Source: Selaginella moellendorffii
Lineage: Eukaryota; Plantae; Lycopodiophyta
NCBI RefSeq assembly: GCF_000143415.4
Contig: NW_003314306.1
Location: 337,087-401,086 of the forward strand
DNA: 64,000 bases
Direction: 5' to 3'
Position 1 is the stretch's first letter; each line of letters starts with the position of its first letter. The notes below the pieces were generated by a model. It worked only from the letters and a program-made list of their open reading frames with translations. It was not told the DNA's origin and ran no database searches. Position numbers and translations under genes: made by a program. Shown in pieces: positions 57,866-64,000 of this stretch.

Positions 57866-59719
57866 ATGCGAGGATGGAGACGATGGAGCCGAGATCTCGG
57901 TTGTGTCGCGCTGGAAGCTTTCCCACAGAGCAGGAGGAGCGGCGGCGTTGCCGCATTGTCGCCGCCAGCGTCGGATCTCCTCGGTGTCCTCAGGCAAGGG
58001 CTTCTCCAGGGGAAGCGCTGGAAGGAGATTGCCGCGGCGTACCAGGGGGCGATCGACCCGCAAATCGCCGGCCAGGTACTCAAGAATGTGTGGGACGTCC
58101 GCCTGGCCTGCTGCGTGTTCTTCTGGGCTAGACGAGAGAAGCAGTGTGTTCACACGCTGTGGAGCTACCAGTGTTTCCTGGAGGCGCTGCTTCGATCCAG
58201 GGGAGGCTCGCTCGTCATCCGGCACTACGTCGAGATGGTCAAAGCGGGGATTGGGCACGACGAGTATGGATTTTGCCTCGCGCTCGCGGGGATTTGCGAG
58301 ACTGGATCGTGGTTCCAGGCGTTTAAGAAGCTCAAGAACAGGACCATCTTTGGGAAGCCACTGAGCTCCAGCATGTTTAACGTGGTCTTGGAGGGAGCTT
58401 GCAAGCGAGAGCGATTGAGAGGAGCTGCCGATATCCTGCGGTACATGACGAGCGTGGCGATGGTTTCTCCGGACGTTTTGAGCTACAGGATCGTGATCGA
58501 GGCTTTTGGTGCTGGGCATTGGATCCAGCAAGTGGAAACTTGTTTCCGGGACATGGTGGAGCGTGGTATCGAGCCGGACGCTGCGATTTACGAGGCTTTG
58601 GTGGATGCTTATAGCGGAGTTTACAGGCAGGAGGAAGGATGCAAGGCTTTTAGCTCGATGCTCGAGCGCGGTTGGAGGCCGAGCTCTGACGCTTACTCGG
58701 TTCTTTTGCGGTGCTGCCTCAAGAACTGGGATGGAGTTTCCGCCTACAAGCTCTTCCGAGAGATGGAAGGCGTTGGCTACGAGCTGACGGGAACTCTTTA
58801 CCAGGAGATGATCCATGGCTTTGTCAACTCGAGGATGTTTAGCGAGGCACGGGCTCTCACCAAGGAGATGGTCTCGAAAGGATTTAAGCCATCTCCCAGC
58901 GGCTATTCGGCTCTCATCCTGGCATTTGCCAGCCCGGCACGGGTGAACGAATCATGGGAAGTTTTCCAGGAGCTTCTCCAGCAATGTGGGAACGTCCTTG
59001 ACCGGGAAACTTACTCGGCGTTTGTGACGAAGCTGGCAAAAATGGATCGAGCAGCCGAGGCAGTGAGGGCCTACGAGGGAATGACTGAGTCGTGCGATCG
59101 CAGGCCGGATGAGAAAACGCTCCAGGAACTGGTGGGATGCTTGTGTAGAACTGGCAGCGTGGATCTAGCGCAGTGGCTGATCAACCAAGTCGTGCACGAC
59201 TTCAAGAACATCGTTCCCAGCGTGGAGACTTTCAACATGGTGCTATCCGAGTACTGCTGCTTTGGGCCGAGCTACGGCAATCTGAGGTCCCTTGAGATAA
59301 AAAAGGCGATGGAGCTGCTGGACGAGATGGTGAAGCTGGGAAGGCGGCCGACTGTCAACTCTTTCCAGATCGCCGTGCATGGGCTTTGCAAGGCGGGGCG
59401 AGCTCTCGACGCGTACAAGCTCTTCCTCACTATCCGGGACTTCGATCTAGCTCCTGACGCTGCGACGAGCAAGACGGTGATCATGGGGCTGTGTAGCATC
59501 GGCAGGATTGTGGAAGCCGAGCTTGTGTTTGATCATCTTTTATCGGATCGAAGGGAGGTCAAGGAGAGCAGCTTGGTGGTGTCCCAGGTTTATAAGGTGA
59601 TTGTGGATGCCAGGTGTAGTGATTTGAGGAAGCTCCTCAGGAAAGGAAGGAGATGGTGGAATGAATCCAGTGTAAGTTTAGAGATCGATTTTACTGAAAA
59701 TAGTTGCTTGGGATGGTAG
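57866..59719 (+). CDS. P-class pentatricopeptide repeat protein, intronless
   Basis: Tandem 35-aa motifs (PDVLSYRIVIEAF...MVERGIEPDAAIYEALVDAY...; PTVNSFQIAVHGLCKAGRALDAYKLF). First ATG after the gap is preceded by ttagggtt. Confidence 0.9.
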   Translation: MRGWRRWSRDLGCVALEAFPQSRRSGGVAALSPPASDLLGVLRQGLLQGKRWKEIAAAYQGAIDPQIAGQVLKNVWDVRLACCVFFWARREKQCVHTLWSYQCFLEALLRSRGGSLVIRHYVEMVKAGIGHDEYGFCLALAGICETGSWFQAFKKLKNRTIFGKPLSSSMFNVVLEGACKRERLRGAADILRYMTSVAMVSPDVLSYRIVIEAFGAGHWIQQVETCFRDMVERGIEPDAAIYEALVDAYSGVYRQEEGCKAFSSMLERGWRPSSDAYSVLLRCCLKNWDGVSAYKLFREMEGVGYELTGTLYQEMIHGFVNSRMFSEARALTKEMVSKGFKPSPSGYSALILAFASPARVNESWEVFQELLQQCGNVLDRETYSAFVTKLAKMDRAAEAVRAYEGMTESCDRRPDEKTLQELVGCLCRTGSVDLAQWLINQVVHDFKNIVPSVETFNMVLSEYCCFGPSYGNLRSLEIKKAMELLDEMVKLGRRPTVNSFQIAVHGLCKAGRALDAYKLFLTIRDFDLAPDAATSKTVIMGLCSIGRIVEAELVFDHLLSDRREVKESSLVVSQVYKVIVDARCSDLRKLLRKGRRWWNESSVSLEIDFTENSCLGW

Positions 59720-62700
59720 AAGAGTATTTAAACCACTACTTTAAACACTAACCTAGCAACTATTTGTCGGTAGAGACCATGAAACCACGACCACACACCT
59801 ATATAACGTAAATCACTAAGCCATATAAGCATCAGGAAACTAAGGAAAACTAATGAATTAATTGCAACCACATTTACAATTGCAAAATGTTTGAAATAGT
59901 GAGGATAGAAGTAAATCATACCCCATATCATGTCAAAAGCTTGATATGAGCCTCTAGCAACATGCTTTATCAACAGCATGGCAAGGGAATGTAATTATAT
60001 CTAGCAAAAAGCATGAATAAATTTAGATTGAATGGGAAGAATAAGGGAATCAAAGAAGAATAATCTAGAAGGCGAATAAGGAAAGCCTCTGCAAAGCTTT
60101 ATGTGATAGTTATCACTCCTTAAATTTGCTATCTAATTTTATTTCTCTGCATTTTCATCTATCTTTCTCAACCATTTATTTTATCTCAGTTTGAGCCACT
60201 TCTTCTTGCAATGTTTTTCCTTTTATCTTTTTTTCCTAATGTGTTAATCTTAGTTAAGTGCTTTCAATCCCTCACCATTTTTTATTCTTCCACATTATTT
60301 CTTCCTCAAATTTTTTTCTTTCTCATTGTTACTTCCCTGACTCAATATATATCCTCCATGACAAATTCTCCATAACCTGATATGCATCAGCTAACCTATT
60401 TGCTCAAATGAATCCACTTATGGGGATTATCACTATCAAAGCACACCCACTTCGAAAATATCTTCTAGAAGCCTCTTAGCCTCATCCATGTTAAGGAGAT
60501 TTGCAATAACAATCCATTAAGCTATCATAAGTTGCCACCACATCCAGCCCACAATTCTTCTTTATCATAGAGGTAAAGGTCATCTATGATACTATAATAT
60601 ACCATTTCTTTTAAGAGCTTGTTGACCTGGGTCAACAAGGCTGGGAAAAAGCCAGATACCTCTAGCTAAAACACTTTTGACTTGTCTACATTTGCAAGTT
60701 GAAGAAAATCCTTGAGAAGATTTTCTTTTCTTTTTCTTTCTTTTCTTTGCTTGCACCACTTTTCTTACCTTTTTCAGTAAAGCATGAGCTTGGATTTGTG
60801 GTATGACTCTTCTCATCTGGAAGCTCATGCACTTTTCACTTCATTTTCAAGGGTCCTAGGTTTTCACTATATCATTCCACTCCATTTGCCATATCCATCA
60901 TTCTAGATCACTCACAATCACAATCCATTCATTCAACTATTCTCTCCAACATGTTTATTTCTTGCTATAGTTGCCCACCCAATTTAAATATACTTCTCAC
61001 TAAACATACATCATACATAGCAAAAAGCAGTAAAAACTAATATATCAAACTTAAGATAGGATGTAGATTGTCTTGAAGCAGCAAATTTGCATAAATACAA
61101 GACATGTAGCAAATGATTTATGAATGCTGGTCACACTTGATGCACACAAGAGGCCAACCATGATTATGGACATTGTACTCAAACCCACAAACATCAACAA
61201 TTATGGCAAATAGATAGAGCCTTATGTTGGTAGCAATTCGATTCAAAGAGATGATACTGCAGGACCATGATAAGAGAGAGACACTTGATGCTTGAACGTT
61301 AGATCCCTTGCTATGGTGGGGTATACGAGGGAGGAATCAAATGGAAGTGAAGGTCACCAAACACCATGGAAAAAGAGGCAAAGCTGGGAGATATAGACCT
61401 AGATGTTCTAAAGAGGAGATGACCATAGCAACCTCTCTTAGAGGGTGGAGAGCATTCCTAGGCTGAAGGTAGTATGAGAATAAGAAGTAAATAGCACCAT
61501 GGGTTTTTTATAATAGTTTATAAGGGATATTGATAATGTATATAATTATTTCATCAAACCCACAAACTGGCATATCAATTGGGAATTACACTTTATATAT
61601 TTGTGTTTCTTAGGTATAGTAATTTTCTACATAGACATGCATATTTACAAGCTTATAAAGTTTATTTTAAATATAATTATTTGAAGTGACATATTAATAA
61701 AAACATAGTGTGAGTGCCTAGAATAAGAAAAGGGAATATAGTAAAGTGCATATCAATTAGCTTATTTATAGGAGGGAATGGTCTAAATTGAAATTCTACT
61801 ATACTAATATTAGTATATGGCATCATAGCCATACATTTGGACCACACATCATCCCCTCATCTTAGAAGGGTGCAAGATAGTCAAGGTTCTTTAGATAATT
61901 TAGGATTTAGAGGAACATTAGGAGAAGGCATTAGTGGATTTATAGATGGTGCTAGTTGTTCTTGATCCCTTTGATCCTTTTGATCAACTCTAATAACATA
62001 AAGAAGGTCGTCCTCAAGGCTATATTAAGAATGTAAATGCCAAAACAGTAAATCATTAGTAAATGATGTAGAATTCTCAAACCCTTTACAAAAATTTCAA
62101 ATCCACACCTCAATCTTTTGAGCCTTACAAACCTCATCAAGAGAAGTTAAATCTTACTCCACACCTTGTAAATATTAAACATCAAGTATAACAATCACCA
62201 ATAGCATGGAATCTTCATCTAAAAAATTCATAAATATTGGAACAACAAACTCATTAGGAACAAAATAAGAGAGTGAAAAAGGGAGAGGAACTTGACAAAG
62301 GGTATTATCATTAGCTATACAACTCCTTGAATGATGAACAACCTCAAAATCATATATCTGAAGCTTTAGAGTCTATCAAACAACACTACCAACCAAATTC
62401 TTCCATTTTAATAATGAAATAACCATAGCATTATTACCTTCAAGCAACCATGTAAATATGCAGCTTTTTGAAACCCTAAATTACTATTAAACACTCCTTT
62501 ATTGCGGAGTAATTCACCTCTGCTAATTGTAATGTATAACTAATATATATAATGGGATGATGTTGATTAAGCACTTGTACTCTATTGCATTAAGACACCC
62601 CCAAGATTGATATCCAAGCATCTACATGCAAAATGAAAGGTTGAGTGTAATGAAGAGGAGTTGTTAATAACTCTTTAAAATCCATAAATGTTTGTTTGCG

Positions 62701-63109
62701 GTCTTCAAACTAAATAAAAAATGACATTAACAATTTCAGCAACATTTGCAATGGTGTAGTGCGATCAGAAAGATGATCAAAGAATGATTGAAATATTGCA
62801 TATTACTCAAAAAGTGTGCACATCATTCACACACTAGGGAATTTGAAATAAACACAAGTTTGTTAGGATCATGAAAAATATAGTATCTAAGATAAGTTAT
62901 GTTTTTGGACCTAAACACGCATTTTAACCACTTTAGCTTTATACCAACTTCCTGCAACTAATTTAACACTTTCCAAATATCACAAATAACATCACTAATA
63001 GTACTATAGTATATGAACCATCTATTTGGGATTAAATCTAGTCTATCTATTTTTTTATGGAAGAAATTAATATATTCCAAGCACTCATATTGGTGGAAGT
63101 GAGGGCATC

Positions 63110-64000
63110 GCAATTTGTACCTAAAGAGCAAAATTTATTAGTAATGCTTTGCTTTAGTGTTTGAGATTATGCTTTTTGTTATTATTTCTTCATTCTTTTT
63201 TAGATTTAGATCTATATTAGATTTTTGCAAGATTTAGAATTCTAGTTATCACTGTGCTTAGACTTGTTTTTTCTTTTGATCTTTATTGCATTTTTTTCTT
63301 CTACCATATTACCCTATCATCAATGAAAGAGTATATCACTTGAGGCTGTTGATGTTACTTCGTTAAATTGAGCTTTTGGTGCTATAAGGTGTGATTATGT
63401 TAATGTTGCACGCATCTTTGATGTGTTATCATTTCCAACTTTCGTGGGATGTGATTATATGGCTTGTCCTATTCTTAATGTTCTACCATCTCTCATTGAT
63501 GTGAAGTGTGATCGTGACATCAATTAACAAGCTATAGATGATGTAGTTTGATTTTTGAAGAATATTCAAAAATTGAGTTTTATGTAAAGACGATGTTTAC
63601 AAGCTTGAATGGATTTTGGATTGTGATGAGGAACTTGATTATTATGGAGGTAGCTTTGGAGATGAATTTAAGATTTCACATATCAATCTTTCAATTTGCC
63701 ATTTAATCCTTTTTCTTTACCTTCTATTCTTTCTTAACTTTTTCTTATTTCTCAGCCTGAGCCACTTATTCGTTCCTCATCTGTAATGTTTCCTTTTTAT
63801 TGCATATTGGTCATTTGTGACTTTTATGATTCTCATTCTTAATTTAGTGTTGAATTAAATATTTTTTATCCTCATATTAATCTAGATTTCAAGCATATGT
63901 GGGAAGTTGAGTGTTTCTTTAGCAAAGTCTTTAATCAATTTTAATATAAAGTATTATCTTATTTGAAAGGTTGAGTAATTTTGGCTAAAAGTTTGGGTTC
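63110..64000 (+). mobile_element. Second copy of the dispersed repeat seen at 52818-53700, running off the window
   Basis: Shared blocks tgtttgagattatg, tatcactt, tataaggtgt.attat, caatctttcaatttgccatttaat, tcattct.aat.tagtgttga. Confidence 0.65.

Noticed and set aside
57504-57956. ORFs spanning the N run, including the first ~95 aa of the 713-aa PPR ORF
   Set aside because: Artefacts of translating through an assembly gap
59720-63100. Possible transposase remnants in the AT-rich tail
   Set aside because: Translations are stop-ridden with no recognisable catalytic motif

Overview
Eukaryotic plant genomic DNA, most consistent with a compact lycophyte genome such as Selaginella (inference from very short 44-80 nt introns, intergenic gaps under 200 bp, PLS- and P-class PPR genes, and intron-containing PPO genes). 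The ends (about 1-9 kb, 51.5-55.3 kb, 59.7-64 kb) are AT-rich with decayed repeats. The gene-dense core holds RRP1/Nop52, a small spliced DnaJ-type zinc-finger gene, a GT37 fucosyltransferase, mitochondrial bL34, a ~34-intron spastizin/ZFYVE26 homolog, a dirigent protein, seipin, an uncharacterised secreted-peptide precursor, and two divergent NFD6/NOXY2-like genes whose ATGs are 49 bp apart around a palindromic telo-box. It also holds a PLS PPR, a minimal TTP/ZFP36-type protein with a CNOT1-binding tail, an NYN-C2H2 protein, an ankyrin-repeat kinase and a P-class PPR. The 34.8-48.2 kb block is a rearrangement hotspot: two near-identical polyphenol oxidase genes form the arms of a ~2.5 kb inverted repeat around a mosaic of gene fragments. 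In and beside that repeat are a deletion-riddled third PPO, two relics of the local seipin 3' end, and three relics of an unusual intronless trypsin-like protease family. Several genes (DnaJ-ZF, bL34, both NFD6-like) are hidden from the ORF track by splicing. All splice models were made by eye and all family calls come from motif recognition, not database searches.
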